The notes under the pieces were generated by a model that worked only from the letters and a program-made list of their open reading frames with translations, was not told where the DNA came from and did not search any database. 64,000 nt of DNA from a bacterium (lineage in GTDB: Bacteria; Patescibacteriota; UBA1384; CAILIB01), in contig JBAXRQ010000001.1 in assembly GCA_037131105.1 (NCBI GenBank), forward strand, positions 637,465 through 701,464, given 5' to 3'. A program made the position numbers and the translations under genes. Of this stretch, positions 19,740-29,518 are shown piece after piece. The first letter of the stretch is position 1. Every line of letters starts with the position of its first letter.

Positions 19740-20651
19740 CTAGGCAAGCCGTGCCTTTGATCTGAGCAGGAAAAAGCCAACTATCGAAAGAGTCACCAAG
19801 GGCGAAAGCCACTCTGGCACATGCAGACCGGATGCGTGTAGGAGCATAATGACACCGAGTACTGCCATTGAGTACATGGCGCCGTTCTTCAGATAGACAT
19901 AGCGTTTGATCTGGGCAATGTTCCGCACAGTAAGCTGGCGCACCACCAAAGCGCCGATACCGTTACCAATGAGGATCAGAGGCACCGAAAGGGTGAAAGC
20001 AAAGGCCCCCAGCACCCCGTCTATCGAAAATGAGGCATCAATGATCTCCAGATAGAATATTTTCTGTATATCCGAGAGACGTTTGGCCTTATCCGCCGGA
20101 GTGCTCTCACTCCGCTCCGCCTTCCACTTTAAGGTATGAGCGACAAAAAACACTACGGTTCCGGCGGCGGCCCCATAGGCCATCAAAGGCGCGTCTCCGC
20201 TGGTTATCCACAGAATAAGGGCAAGAAACACGGCCACCGCTGCATAAAACCAGGCACCGTTACGCATAAAGAACCGCTCTGTAGCCGGAAGTCCGAACTG
20301 TTTCTTCTCTAGAAACAGCCATCGTAAGAACAGGAAGACCAGGAACGTCCCTCCCGCCGCCAGCAGAAGTGGAGACGTGCTTTCAATCGAGTCCCGAACC
20401 CCGGGATCGCCACTAAAGGTAGCAATAAGAGCACTGAGCGGTCCCAGATGCGGATTTACCAGCCAAATAATGGCCCAGGGAAGTACGCCCCGAACTACAA
20501 AGACCGCAAACAGTATGCCCCATAGGAGAAACCAGACCCTCCCCTTCTTGGTCATGGTAGAAAGCACCTCGGCATTAATCACAGCGTTTTCGACGCTGGT
20601 GACCACCTCAAAGACAGAAAGGCCTAGTACGGTAAGAAGAATTCCGATCAT
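19740..20651 (-). CDS. DUF475/TerC-like integral membrane protein
   Basis: FEVVTSVENAVINAEVL motif typical of DUF475; multiple TM helices. Confidence 0.5.
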   Translation of the reverse strand: MIGILLTVLGLSVFEVVTSVENAVINAEVLSTMTKKGRVWFLLWGILFAVFVVRGVLPWAIIWLVNPHLGPLSALIATFSGDPGVRDSIESTSPLLLAAGGTFLVFLFLRWLFLEKKQFGLPATERFFMRNGAWFYAAVAVFLALILWITSGDAPLMAYGAAAGTVVFFVAHTLKWKAERSESTPADKAKRLSDIQKIFYLEIIDASFSIDGVLGAFAFTLSVPLILIGNGIGALVVRQLTVRNIAQIKRYVYLKNGAMYSMAVLGVIMLLHASGLHVPEWLSPLVTLSIVGFFLLRSKARLA

Positions 20652-20699
20652 AGCTCCAGTGTAGCAAACCTACCGATATTACCGAAATAGGCTTAGGAC

Positions 20700-20728
20700 T
20701 TGACAAATCCATCTGATTATGGTACTAT
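20700..20728 (+). promoter_or_regulatory. candidate sigma70-type promoter (TTGACA-17-TACTAT)
   Basis: Perfect -35 hexamer, 17-nt spacer, 4/6 -10 hexamer; it lies in a 630-bp non-coding gap. Confidence 0.3.
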
Positions 20729-21283
20729 AGGGTTATTCGTTTCTGCTCTCCTGATCGTATTCGTACGATCCTCTCTGCTGAAAGAAAGCTGCCGGAACTA
20801 GCAGCACTGACGACCTTATGTCTTCACGACTACGGCGCAGGCCTTGTTCTAGCTCTCTATATTTTTAAACGTCGTTCTGACGTTTGCCGAATACCGCTCC
20901 CCACCCTTTCCCGAGAATCACCGCAATATGCGGGCTCGGAATGCGAAAGGCCTCCGGGACGGGCTTCCCACCGACTACATGTAGCGTCCGTGAGCGAAGC
21001 CGGCCAGAATTATTAGAACCAGATGCGAATAGATAGTCGGACACCTCGGTGCCCGGCTATCTTTTATTATTCAGCAAACAAATAACAGGATGGTGGAAAG
21101 TCGGTAGGCGATGAATTAGCATATGCCCTCTCAATGACTAGAACAACCAGCAAGATTAGATAGAACCGGGCTTTCACAAAGCAATAACTGAGATATCGCC
21201 TAAACAACCTCCCGTCCTCTGCTGGCCAATAGAAGAAGCCGGCTGTATACTCAATCTGAAACTCTATTGGATATATTCTCTTC

Positions 21284-22120
21284 ATGAAAAAGCGTCCTGC
21301 CTTTACCCTTCTGGAAGTACTCGTGGCTATGGTCATCATTCTTGCATTGGCCGGTACCGCCTACTGCCTAAAAAGTCGACCTGTAGCTAGCACTCCTACT
21401 CCCACTCCTACTACCTCACCTAAGGCCAAGGCCAGTGTGACCCCTACTACTACTGCAAGCCCGACTCCAACCCCGACACTTGATCCCAAACAGCTGATTT
21501 CGGTCACCCTGAAGGTCAAGTCATTTCCCACTACGAGCAGCAACACTGGCAAGGACGGTCTTGAGCCCACCGAAAAGCCATACCCTGCCACGGTCACCGT
21601 CTCGCTTCCCCGCTCACTCTCTACCGCAGTGGGAGCCTATGAGGCAGGCAACTTCGTCTTTCTCGCGCCAGCCGGCTGGACTGGCAAAGGTTCGATCGGT
21701 ACTGATGGAGGAACGTATGTAGCCGCCTACCCCGTCGGTGGCACAGATACCAGCGGCCCCCACTTTGCCATTTACGATGAAGAAGGCTGCATGACCTGCA
21801 TTTCAGACGACGCCGCCACCTATTTCCCTGACGGACCCAAGTGGCGATCGGATAACTGGCCGCCTCCTTACGCAGCATCAACCGTTATCTTCAAGAGTCG
21901 CACACTGCTTACTCCCCAGATTGTCAGCTACAGCCTACCTACCACTAAAGACGGACTTTCCCAGGATGGCATCGCCTATGTCGGAATGAGTGGAGGAAAA
22001 GTCGCCGCACCCCTGTACCATACTGAGATTACTCTTCCAGCTTCTCAACACGACCTAGCCAGTACCCTGCTCAATGACTTCATTGACCGCCAGAAGCTGA
22101 AGAGCAATCCAACCCATTAA
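21284..22120 (+). CDS. type IV pilin-like protein (prepilin N-terminal cleavage/methylation domain)
   Basis: MKKRPAFTLLEVLVAMVIIL class III signal/N-methylation motif, then a Thr/Pro-rich linker. Confidence 0.65.
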   Translation: MKKRPAFTLLEVLVAMVIILALAGTAYCLKSRPVASTPTPTPTTSPKAKASVTPTTTASPTPTPTLDPKQLISVTLKVKSFPTTSSNTGKDGLEPTEKPYPATVTVSLPRSLSTAVGAYEAGNFVFLAPAGWTGKGSIGTDGGTYVAAYPVGGTDTSGPHFAIYDEEGCMTCISDDAATYFPDGPKWRSDNWPPPYAASTVIFKSRTLLTPQIVSYSLPTTKDGLSQDGIAYVGMSGGKVAAPLYHTEITLPASQHDLASTLLNDFIDRQKLKSNPTH

Positions 22121-22128
22121 TTGATCGC

Positions 22129-23343
22129 ATGCCTTCCACCTCCTCTACCCCCAAGCTCATCTCACCCGTCGTAATAGCCGGCCTTGCAATTGTTCTCATG
22201 GCCGCAGGTATAGTCCTGTATTGGAACGGCAAAAAAGCCACTACGGTCGCAACGGTTGTGACCGCATCTCCCACTGCAAAGGCCACCGTTACGTCTTCTG
22301 CCACAACCGATCCAACGAGTAACTGGAAGACCTATACTGCCACGACCATTCATCTGAGTTTCAAATATCCATCGGGCAGCACGTATACACAGAAAGAAGC
22401 GATACCGCCCCCTGTTAAAACCGCAGGACATCAGATTTACTTCAGTGACTCCAGCAAAGCATACCCCTCCTTCTACGCCACTAGTACGGACTTTGTCGCC
22501 AGCGATACCATTCCCCACGACCTGATCAAGGGAGATCTTACTTCAGCCACGTCATTTACTGTCAACGGCTTCGACATGACCAAGAGCCTAGTGAAAGAAG
22601 TTACCCCAGGTGTCTACCTGTTTTCTGGCTACTCCACAGCCGAGTGCTCCCCCGGCACCTCTTCCCACCTGTTTATTGCAGCACCCAAGAACTCAGGACT
22701 GAAGTATATTGATTTCTATCTTGGCGCCGGAGCAGCATTTACGGATGCTGACAACGGCACCGAGCCCTGTGACATCAAGGCAGCCTCTATTACACAGCGC
22801 GTCAATGACCTTCAGAACGGCAAGGTGACTGATGTTAAGGCAAGCCTAGATAAGGCACTACTCATTACTACTACTTTCAAGGCCACAGAGCTGACTGCGA
22901 CCGAACTCCAAAACGAGACATACCCCAACGACGGCATCCCCCACGATTCCCAGACCATCATCCTTACCAAGGGCGCCTACACCTTCAAGGACCCTGCCTA
23001 CCCACTGTACGACTTCACGGCAGTCATCGATGACAAGCTCACCGCCTTTGGCGACCTGAACGCTGACGGCACCAAGGACGCCATTGTCACCATCACCAAG
23101 ACCGTGGGCAGCGGTGGCGGCCCACAAATCTTTTCAGTAGTGAATGACCATGGCAAAACAGTCAGCCATACTTCTGACCTTCCTGCCTTGCAAGATCGTG
23201 ACATCATCAACTCCATCACCATCAAGGACGGTATCGCCACCTTTGACCTCACCGTGCATGGCCCTAATGACTCACTAGCTACTCCCACCGTTCACGAGGT
23301 AGACCGTTACAAGCTCTCAGGAACCCAGCTCGTTAAGGCCTAA
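22129..23343 (+). CDS. membrane-anchored hypothetical surface protein
   Basis: N-terminal TM helix, Thr-rich linker, no known domain; starts 9 nt after the pilin-like gene. Confidence 0.45.
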   Translation: MPSTSSTPKLISPVVIAGLAIVLMAAGIVLYWNGKKATTVATVVTASPTAKATVTSSATTDPTSNWKTYTATTIHLSFKYPSGSTYTQKEAIPPPVKTAGHQIYFSDSSKAYPSFYATSTDFVASDTIPHDLIKGDLTSATSFTVNGFDMTKSLVKEVTPGVYLFSGYSTAECSPGTSSHLFIAAPKNSGLKYIDFYLGAGAAFTDADNGTEPCDIKAASITQRVNDLQNGKVTDVKASLDKALLITTTFKATELTATELQNETYPNDGIPHDSQTIILTKGAYTFKDPAYPLYDFTAVIDDKLTAFGDLNADGTKDAIVTITKTVGSGGGPQIFSVVNDHGKTVSHTSDLPALQDRDIINSITIKDGIATFDLTVHGPNDSLATPTVHEVDRYKLSGTQLVKA

Positions 23344-23442
23344 GTACCCTTCCCTAGCCCCTTCTCACTTACTGCGCTTGTCGTGGTTTGCCCCTGATCA
23401 GGTTCAGGCTGTATACTTAGTTCATCATTCGTCACACATCCC

Positions 23443-25131
23443 ATGGACCTCAAGGAAGAACTGAAGCCGTTACTGAAGGGTGAACTACATGACGACGCTG
23501 CCGCGCTTGACGCTGCCAGCCGTGACGCCAGCCTGTTCGAGGTACATCCACGCCTGGTAGTCGCTCCCGCTGACGCCAAGGATATCTGCGCCATCGTCGA
23601 GTACATCAACAAGCATCCCGACCAGGAACTTTCCGTCACTCCTCGCAGTGCCGGCACCGACATGTCCGGCGGCCCTTTGACCGAGTCCATCGTCCTAGAC
23701 ATGCTCCCCCACTTCAACAAGGTCATCAAGGTAGGTGACGGCTGGGCCGAGACCGAGCCAGGCGTATTCTACCGCGACTTTGAGAAAGAAACTCTGAAGA
23801 AGGACTTGCTACTACCTTGCTACACCGCCTCACGCGAGCTTAATACCATGGGCGGCATGGTCGCCAATAACTCCGGGGGCGAGAAAAGCCTGACCTTTGG
23901 TAAGACCGAAAACTTCATCGAGGAGCTGCACATGGTCCTGGCCGACGGCAAGGAATACGTCGTCAAACCCCTGAACAAGAAGGAGTTAGCCGATAAGATG
24001 AAGCTGGACGGCTTCGAAGGCGACCTCTACCGCGACATGTACCACCTCATTGAGAGCCACTACGACAAGATCAAGGCAGCCAAGCCCCATGTCTCTAAGA
24101 ACTCGGCAGGCTACTTCCTTTGGAATGTCTGGGACCGGGAGACCGGTGTATTCGACCTCTGCAAGCTTATCGCTGGATCTCAAGGTACGCTCGGCGTCGT
24201 TACCAAGGTCAAGTTCCGCCTGGTCAAGCCCAAGCCTCACTCTCGCCTGCTGGTCATCTTCCTAGCTAACTTCAACAACCTTGGTGACTTAGTTAATGAA
24301 GTGCTCGAGTTCAAACCTGAAAGCTTCGAGTCCTACGACGACCACACCTTAAAGCTAGCTATCAGGTTCGCCCCTGAGATGGCTAAGGCCATGAAGGGTT
24401 CGATGTTTGGCCTGGCCCTGGACTTCATTCCTGACGCCTTCACGGTCATGCAGATGGGACGCCTACCAAAGATGGTACTGATGGCGGAGTTCACCGCAGA
24501 CACCGAGGAAGAGGCCGACGCCACCGCCAAGGCCGCCCAGGAGCGCATCGCCCACCGAAACCTGCACACGCTCACCACCCGCAGCGAACATGACGGCAAG
24601 AAGTACTGGACCGTCCGTCGCGAAAGCTTCAGCCTGCTGCGTCACCATATCAAGGAGAAGCACACGGCTCCTTTCATTGACGATACCGCCGTCCTCCCTT
24701 CCCAGCTTCCTGAGTTCCTGCCTGCCCTGGATGCCATTATGGCTAAGTACGATCTGATCTATACCATTGCCGGCCATATCGGCGACGCCAACTTCCACAT
24801 CATCCCGCTGATGGACCTGGCCGACCCTAAGACCCAGGACATCATCCCGCAGCTGTCACGCGAGGTCTATGACCTTATCTACAAGTTCCACGGCACCATC
24901 ACGGCCGAGCACGGCGACGGCATGATCCACGGCCCCTTCCTGAAGGGCATGTACGGCGAGCAGATCTTCGGACTCTTTGAGCAGACCAAGAAGATCTTCG
25001 ACCCCAAGAACATCTTCAACCCCGGCAAGAAGATCCAGTCCAAGCTGACCTACTCAATGCATCACTTCATCGACGACAGCCACATCCTGTCCGACGAGAA
25101 GACCCGCTGGGCGGCCCCAAAGAAAGCCTAG
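23443..25131 (+). CDS. FAD-linked oxidase (GlcD/D-lactate dehydrogenase-like, FAD_binding_4 plus FAD-oxidase_C)
   Basis: LVVAPADAKDICAIVEYINKH...RSAGTDMSGG FAD-binding region and ITAEHGDG C-terminal motif. Confidence 0.8.
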   Translation: MDLKEELKPLLKGELHDDAAALDAASRDASLFEVHPRLVVAPADAKDICAIVEYINKHPDQELSVTPRSAGTDMSGGPLTESIVLDMLPHFNKVIKVGDGWAETEPGVFYRDFEKETLKKDLLLPCYTASRELNTMGGMVANNSGGEKSLTFGKTENFIEELHMVLADGKEYVVKPLNKKELADKMKLDGFEGDLYRDMYHLIESHYDKIKAAKPHVSKNSAGYFLWNVWDRETGVFDLCKLIAGSQGTLGVVTKVKFRLVKPKPHSRLLVIFLANFNNLGDLVNEVLEFKPESFESYDDHTLKLAIRFAPEMAKAMKGSMFGLALDFIPDAFTVMQMGRLPKMVLMAEFTADTEEEADATAKAAQERIAHRNLHTLTTRSEHDGKKYWTVRRESFSLLRHHIKEKHTAPFIDDTAVLPSQLPEFLPALDAIMAKYDLIYTIAGHIGDANFHIIPLMDLADPKTQDIIPQLSREVYDLIYKFHGTITAEHGDGMIHGPFLKGMYGEQIFGLFEQTKKIFDPKNIFNPGKKIQSKLTYSMHHFIDDSHILSDEKTRWAAPKKA

Positions 25132-25143
25132 GCCTAAGGAACT

Positions 25144-25172
25144 AAAAAGGAGCGGCATGAGCCGCTCCTTTT
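25144..25172. terminator. bidirectional Rho-independent terminator
   Basis: aaaaaggagcggc-atga-gccgctcctttt perfect hairpin with an A-run and a T-run. Confidence 0.65.
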
Positions 25173-25187
25173 GCTGTGCGCGATGAA

Positions 25188-25283
25188 TTATTTGCAGTCT
25201 TCGCAGGCGCAGTGATCAGCGCAGGCGCACTCAGCAGTGGTCTCGGCGTGCTTAGGGCATTCGACGCAGGTACATTCTTCCAT
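25188..25283 (-). CDS. candidate 31-aa Cys-rich metallothionein-like micro-protein
   Basis: My translation is MEECTCVECPKHAETTAECACADHCACEDCK, with 8 Cys and 2 His. It shows C-rich third positions like the neighbouring genes, and the terminator hairpin with a T-run lies immediately downstream on its own strand. It is below the ORF-track length cutoff and overlaps the antisense track ORF 25176-25391. Confidence 0.35.
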   Translation of the reverse strand: MEECTCVECPKHAETTAECACADHCACEDCK

Positions 25284-25472
25284 ATGATGGTGTTACTGGT
25301 AGGCAGAATCATACTCTCACCCCGCCCGGCAAGACGTCAACCTCTGCTAGTCTTAGCCAGGTTCAAGCCAAATCTCAGATTCCTGGCGTAGGCTAAAGCC
25401 ATAACCATTAAACCAAGGAGGTTCATGAGATAGCCGTTCCACAATCTGCATTTCACCCATTAATACCTACCC

Positions 25473-25874
25473 ATGATCAGTAAGCGCACGGTCCTCTTCG
25501 CGAGTCTAGCCCTAGCGGCCACCGCAGGCAGCGGCCTTCTCACACCGACAGGATTTGCCAAGGCAAGTAGCGGAGAACCCAACAGTGGGGACCATCCCCC
25601 AAGCCACCACCAGCGTGAAGCCAGGCCCCCACTCATCGACAGCCTTGATTCAGCGGTCGCCAGGGGCTCACTTACCACATCCCAGCATGATCTCATTGAG
25701 GCAAAACGAGCCGAGACCAAGACTTCGCTTGATGCCATCAGGAAGCTCTCCACGGTTACAGAGCGGAAAGCGGCCATCCAGAAACTCCGGACTTCCCTCT
25801 CCGACTGGGCCAAGCAAAACAATATCGATGAACAGTGGATACGAATCCCCGTCTTACACCCTAGGCACAGATAA
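25473..25874 (+). CDS. secreted hypothetical protein
   Basis: Signal peptide MISKRTVLFASLALAATAGSG. Confidence 0.45.
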   Translation: MISKRTVLFASLALAATAGSGLLTPTGFAKASSGEPNSGDHPPSHHQREARPPLIDSLDSAVARGSLTTSQHDLIEAKRAETKTSLDAIRKLSTVTERKAAIQKLRTSLSDWAKQNNIDEQWIRIPVLHPRHR

Positions 25875-25890
25875 CGACTAAAGATTGACT

Positions 25891-25919
25891 CCGGCCCCAT
25901 CTAGGGGCCGGTTTTTTTT
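25891..25919 (+). terminator. Rho-independent terminator
   Basis: ccggcccc-atcta-ggggccgg followed by T8. Confidence 0.7.
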
Positions 25920-25925
25920 GCCGAC

Positions 25926-26249
25926 TTGAGCCGACTTACTATTAGACGTAGACTGAGAGCGTCTATCCGTCATTATTTATCTATGCTCTTCCAGGAATTT
26001 GAACACGAGGCATTTTACTATGGTAAGGGCAGCGCCGTCATGAAGGTTGGCGACATCCTGGAAACCATGGTCGGCAGCGAACCGCATTATCTCAAAGTAG
26101 CTAGAAATCCCACCACTGACCTGATCCATCTTATCGACGGTGCAACCCATGAGGTCAGGGATATCAGTCCCAGTGACAGGGAGTTCTTCGACCAGGAATG
26201 CTATGCACCCATGAACCCCAATAGCATCCCCAGCTTTCCTGAGTACTAG
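25926..26249 (+). CDS. hypothetical protein (start uncertain)
   Basis: ORF begins immediately after a terminator; alternative starts at 25983 or 26040. Confidence 0.3.
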   Translation: MSRLTIRRRLRASIRHYLSMLFQEFEHEAFYYGKGSAVMKVGDILETMVGSEPHYLKVARNPTTDLIHLIDGATHEVRDISPSDREFFDQECYAPMNPNSIPSFPEY

Positions 26250-26756
26250 GTGCCGCCCGTGACCGTCTCACAGGCCCGATCCGAGTTCAGTCATCTACTC
26301 TTTGACGTCACCATTTGTTTTTTAGTACGGGCTGACGAGATCCTTCTTGCCCGCAAGGCACAGAAGATAGGGGCAGGCTTCTGGAACGGCGTTGGAGGAA
26401 AGGTAGAGCCAGGTGAGACGGTAGAAAAGGCCATGGTGCGCGAAACCGAGGAGGAGCTCTGCGTTACGCCCCTTACTTACCGCCAAGCGGTCGTCGCAGA
26501 ATTCTATAACCTGGGGAAGCCCGAATGGACCATGCGCTGTCACATGTACTTTGCTGACTCCTGGGATGGCACCCCTACCGCTACCGTTGAAGCCATACAT
26601 CCGACCTGGTTTAAGCTGGACTCGCTCCCTTGGGAAGAGATGTGGGAGGACGATAGCCACTGGCTGCCGCCGGCACTCGAAGGCAAAACCGTTACGGCTG
26701 CCTTTGTCATCGGCGAGGACAAGCGTATTAAGGACCTGGAGATAAACGCTAGCTAA
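26250..26756 (+). CDS. NUDIX hydrolase (MutT-like)
   Basis: Nudix box GGKVEPGETVEKAMVRETEEELCV; GTG start directly after the upstream stop. Confidence 0.75.
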   Translation: MPPVTVSQARSEFSHLLFDVTICFLVRADEILLARKAQKIGAGFWNGVGGKVEPGETVEKAMVRETEEELCVTPLTYRQAVVAEFYNLGKPEWTMRCHMYFADSWDGTPTATVEAIHPTWFKLDSLPWEEMWEDDSHWLPPALEGKTVTAAFVIGEDKRIKDLEINAS

Positions 26757-26802
26757 CCCCGGCCTGACACGTTACGATAGAGACACTACATAATCAATCC
26801 CT

Positions 26803-28485
26803 ATGAATACTCTCCGCGGCAACCGCTGGGCCAGCCTGGCCATTCTCTCCATTGGATTCCTGATGATCCTGTTGGACACCACCATCGTCAACGTCTCCAT
26901 CCCTACCATTATCCGCGACCTCAGCGCCTCGCTCAGCGATCTTGAATGGGTCATCAGCGGCTATGCCCTCAGCTTCGCCGCTCTTCTGATCACTTTCGGA
27001 CGTCTGGGAGATCTCTACGGTCGCCGCAACCTCTTCGTAGGGGGACTGGCAGTCTTTACCATCGCTTCCTTCTTCTCAGGTGAGGCAACCAGCAGCAGTA
27101 CCTTGATCATCGCCCGGCTCTTCCAGGGGGTCGGTGGCGCCATGATCTCCCCTGCTACTCTTTCCATCATTTCCTCTACCTTCAAGGGTCGAGAGCGGGC
27201 TACCGCCTTCGGCATCTGGGGAGCAACCGCCGGTATCGCCGTGGCGCTCGGACCCATCCTGGGTGGCTACTTTACCACTTATCAGACGTGGCGCTGGATC
27301 TTCCGGGTAAACATACCTATCGGCATCCTGGCCATCATAGCTACGTATCTCATCGTCGAGGAATCGAAGGAGCCGAAAGACCATAGGATCGACGTTCCCG
27401 GCATGGTCACATCTACCCTGGGCTTCTTCTTCCTGGTATTCGCCCTTATCGAGGGACAGACCTACGGCTGGTGGTCGCAAGCCAAGGCTTTCTCTGCAGG
27501 CGGCTTCGGCTGGGACCATAGCGGACTGTCGATCATCGGCCTTTCATTTATCCTGAGCGCTGTCTTCCTGGCCATCTTCGGGATTATCGAATACATCAAG
27601 ACCAAGGCAAAGCTGGGACCGGCCATCAACATCGACTTCTTCAAGCTCGCCTCCTTCCGCTATGGACTGGTAGCCATCGCCGTCATTTCGCTGGGAGAAT
27701 TCAGCTCGCTCTTCACCCTTCCCATCTTCCTGCAGTCCATCAAGGGAATGACCCCGCTGCATTCCGGCATAGCCACGCTGCCCCTGGCAGTGGCTGTCAT
27801 GATCGCCGCACCGCTTTCCGCCAAGCTGGTAAACCGCATAGGTAGCAAGTGGGTGATCACCACCGGTATCAGCGCTGAGTTTTTAGGTATCTTCCTACTG
27901 AGCCGTCTGAACCTGGACACTGAGTACACCAGCCTACTCCTGCCATTGGCAATTCTTGGCGCCGGCATCGGTCTAGCCATCTCCCAGAACACCCAAGTAA
28001 TCCTCTCTGAGATCAATCCTCAGGAAGCCGGCAGCGCCTCTGGCATCCTAAATACGGTCCGCCAGGTGGGCTCAGCTCTGGGCATCGCCGTTATCGGAGC
28101 CGTGCTGGCCCACCAGTTCAATGCCAACCTCCCCGGACGCGTCAACGCCGTCCCCAATCTTCCCGAAGCCGCCAAGCAGTCCATCGTCAGTCAGGTAGCA
28201 GCAAGAGGAACCGGTGACACGGGACAAGCCCAGGAAGCCACCGCGATCTTCCCGGCCCCATCGGAAGAAGTGGCAAACAACTCAGTGGCCCTGGCTGAAT
28301 ACCAACGCCAGGCCAGGAAAGTCTCCGACGACCTCACTACCGCTTTTCACGGTGCCTTAGCCGACGCTATCGCCTCAGCTATGCGGGTAGGCTCGCTCTT
28401 CGTACTGCTCGGGGCCCTCTGCTCACTACTTATCCCCAACGTCAAACAGCGACGCGAGGAAGAGGCTCAGGCTAGCGCACACTAG
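26803..28485 (+). CDS. MFS transporter, DHA2 (EmrB/QacA, 14-TMS) family
   Basis: 14 predicted TM helices; motif-A-like GRLGDLYGRR; 560 aa. Confidence 0.8.
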   Translation: MNTLRGNRWASLAILSIGFLMILLDTTIVNVSIPTIIRDLSASLSDLEWVISGYALSFAALLITFGRLGDLYGRRNLFVGGLAVFTIASFFSGEATSSSTLIIARLFQGVGGAMISPATLSIISSTFKGRERATAFGIWGATAGIAVALGPILGGYFTTYQTWRWIFRVNIPIGILAIIATYLIVEESKEPKDHRIDVPGMVTSTLGFFFLVFALIEGQTYGWWSQAKAFSAGGFGWDHSGLSIIGLSFILSAVFLAIFGIIEYIKTKAKLGPAINIDFFKLASFRYGLVAIAVISLGEFSSLFTLPIFLQSIKGMTPLHSGIATLPLAVAVMIAAPLSAKLVNRIGSKWVITTGISAEFLGIFLLSRLNLDTEYTSLLLPLAILGAGIGLAISQNTQVILSEINPQEAGSASGILNTVRQVGSALGIAVIGAVLAHQFNANLPGRVNAVPNLPEAAKQSIVSQVAARGTGDTGQAQEATAIFPAPSEEVANNSVALAEYQRQARKVSDDLTTAFHGALADAIASAMRVGSLFVLLGALCSLLIPNVKQRREEEAQASAH

Positions 28486-29518
28486 CTGCACTAATATTAA
28501 CGGTTCCGGCTCCGACAGTAAGAACGATTGTGATCTTCTTGCTTGCATTACTATATGAAGGAGTGGCGTAGCCAAAGGTGCCGTCACCGTGAAGGATAGT
28601 GCCATCAGCCTTTATCAGGCCCAGGCCCACATGGTAGACAAGGTTGATTCCTATGCCGTCGGGTACGACGAGATCAAGGGTACCCGTACCGACCTTAAGA
28701 TTAATGGCGCCGGTAGGTACGCTCTCCTTACCCAACTTGATAGCAGCAGAACCGGCTCCCATATCAAAACCAAGGGAGCCTACCTTCAGCGTGTTGAACT
28801 GTACGCCGGCACTCCCTGCCCCCAGCCTAAGGTTCAGGTCGGTCACTAACTCGGTCTGACCCAGGCTCAGGTCATATTCAGGCTGAGCCGGACTAAACGA
28901 AATCGAGTTCTGGTCAACCGTGAGATCAATTACCGTCTTGCCATTCGTAGTGTTCTGGGTGAGCGTAGGCGAGCCACCCATCCCAGTGGCATAAGACTTT
29001 AGACTGGCAGACTTGTCACCACCCAAGTCATCAAGCTGAAGCTTGCCATAACCAGTGGAAACATTGAGAGTACGGCTGCTTGCCGCCGGGGAAGCAGTAG
29101 GGACTGGAAGCTGTACCTGCTTCGTCTCGGTCTTTGGGGTGAACCACTCACCTACCCGTGACGGCACCTGGCCCAGGCCCAGCAAAATGACTCCGCAGAT
29201 AAGCAGCAGTCCAATGAGAAAGACCAGGAAGCTACCCACGCGAGACCTCCCAACAGCCGCCTGAAGTCCCCAGAGCACTAGCAGCAAAGGCCAGAGGCGC
29301 CAGAGCTGCACAGCAAGGCCCAGGTCAAGCGCCCCGTAGTTATTGAGCAGGAAGAGTATGCCTGCACCGATGAGAATAACGGCGAACACTGGCCGGCCAT
29401 GATGACGACGATACCGGTACGCATAAGTCGGCCGCACCGGGTCTTGTTCTGGTGCCGCCTTGATAGGTTCTTCGGAAGTGGTCATGGCTATCTCCTTGAG
29501 CGGGTTAGGATTTGCCAA
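28472..29518 (-). CDS. LiaF-like membrane protein with an N-terminal LiaI/LiaF-type TM region and a C-terminal toastrack (DUF2154/DUF4097) domain
   Basis: PVFAVILIGAGILFLLNN...LWRLWPLLLVLWGL TM region, then a Gly/Thr-rich beta-rich C-terminal domain. Confidence 0.65.
   Translation of the reverse strand: MANPNPLKEIAMTTSEEPIKAAPEQDPVRPTYAYRYRRHHGRPVFAVILIGAGILFLLNNYGALDLGLAVQLWRLWPLLLVLWGLQAAVGRSRVGSFLVFLIGLLLICGVILLGLGQVPSRVGEWFTPKTETKQVQLPVPTASPAASSRTLNVSTGYGKLQLDDLGGDKSASLKSYATGMGGSPTLTQNTTNGKTVIDLTVDQNSISFSPAQPEYDLSLGQTELVTDLNLRLGAGSAGVQFNTLKVGSLGFDMGAGSAAIKLGKESVPTGAINLKVGTGTLDLVVPDGIGINLVYHVGLGLIKADGTILHGDGTFGYATPSYSNASKKITIVLTVGAGTVNISAASVR

Noticed and set aside
21060-21190. Possible RNase P RNA: ggaaagtcgg at ~21095 and agaaccgggctt at ~21160 resemble the P4 strands GGAAAGUCCGGGC / AGAACCCGGCUU
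   Set aside because: The match is only ~11/12 nt. The expected partner CCGGGCUCC next to the first element is missing. Other universally conserved regions such as GGUAAGAGCGCACC are not found. A match of this length is expected by chance in 128 kb of two-strand sequence.
21067-21339. 90-aa minus-strand ORF
   Set aside because: Overlaps the start of the pilin-like gene and runs through the AT-rich gap; codon usage unlike host genes
25176-25391. 71-aa plus-strand ORF (MRDELFAVFAGAVISAGALSS...)
   Set aside because: Low-complexity Ala/Leu translation that begins inside the upstream terminator. The opposite strand carries a better-supported Cys-rich micro-ORF with its own terminator.
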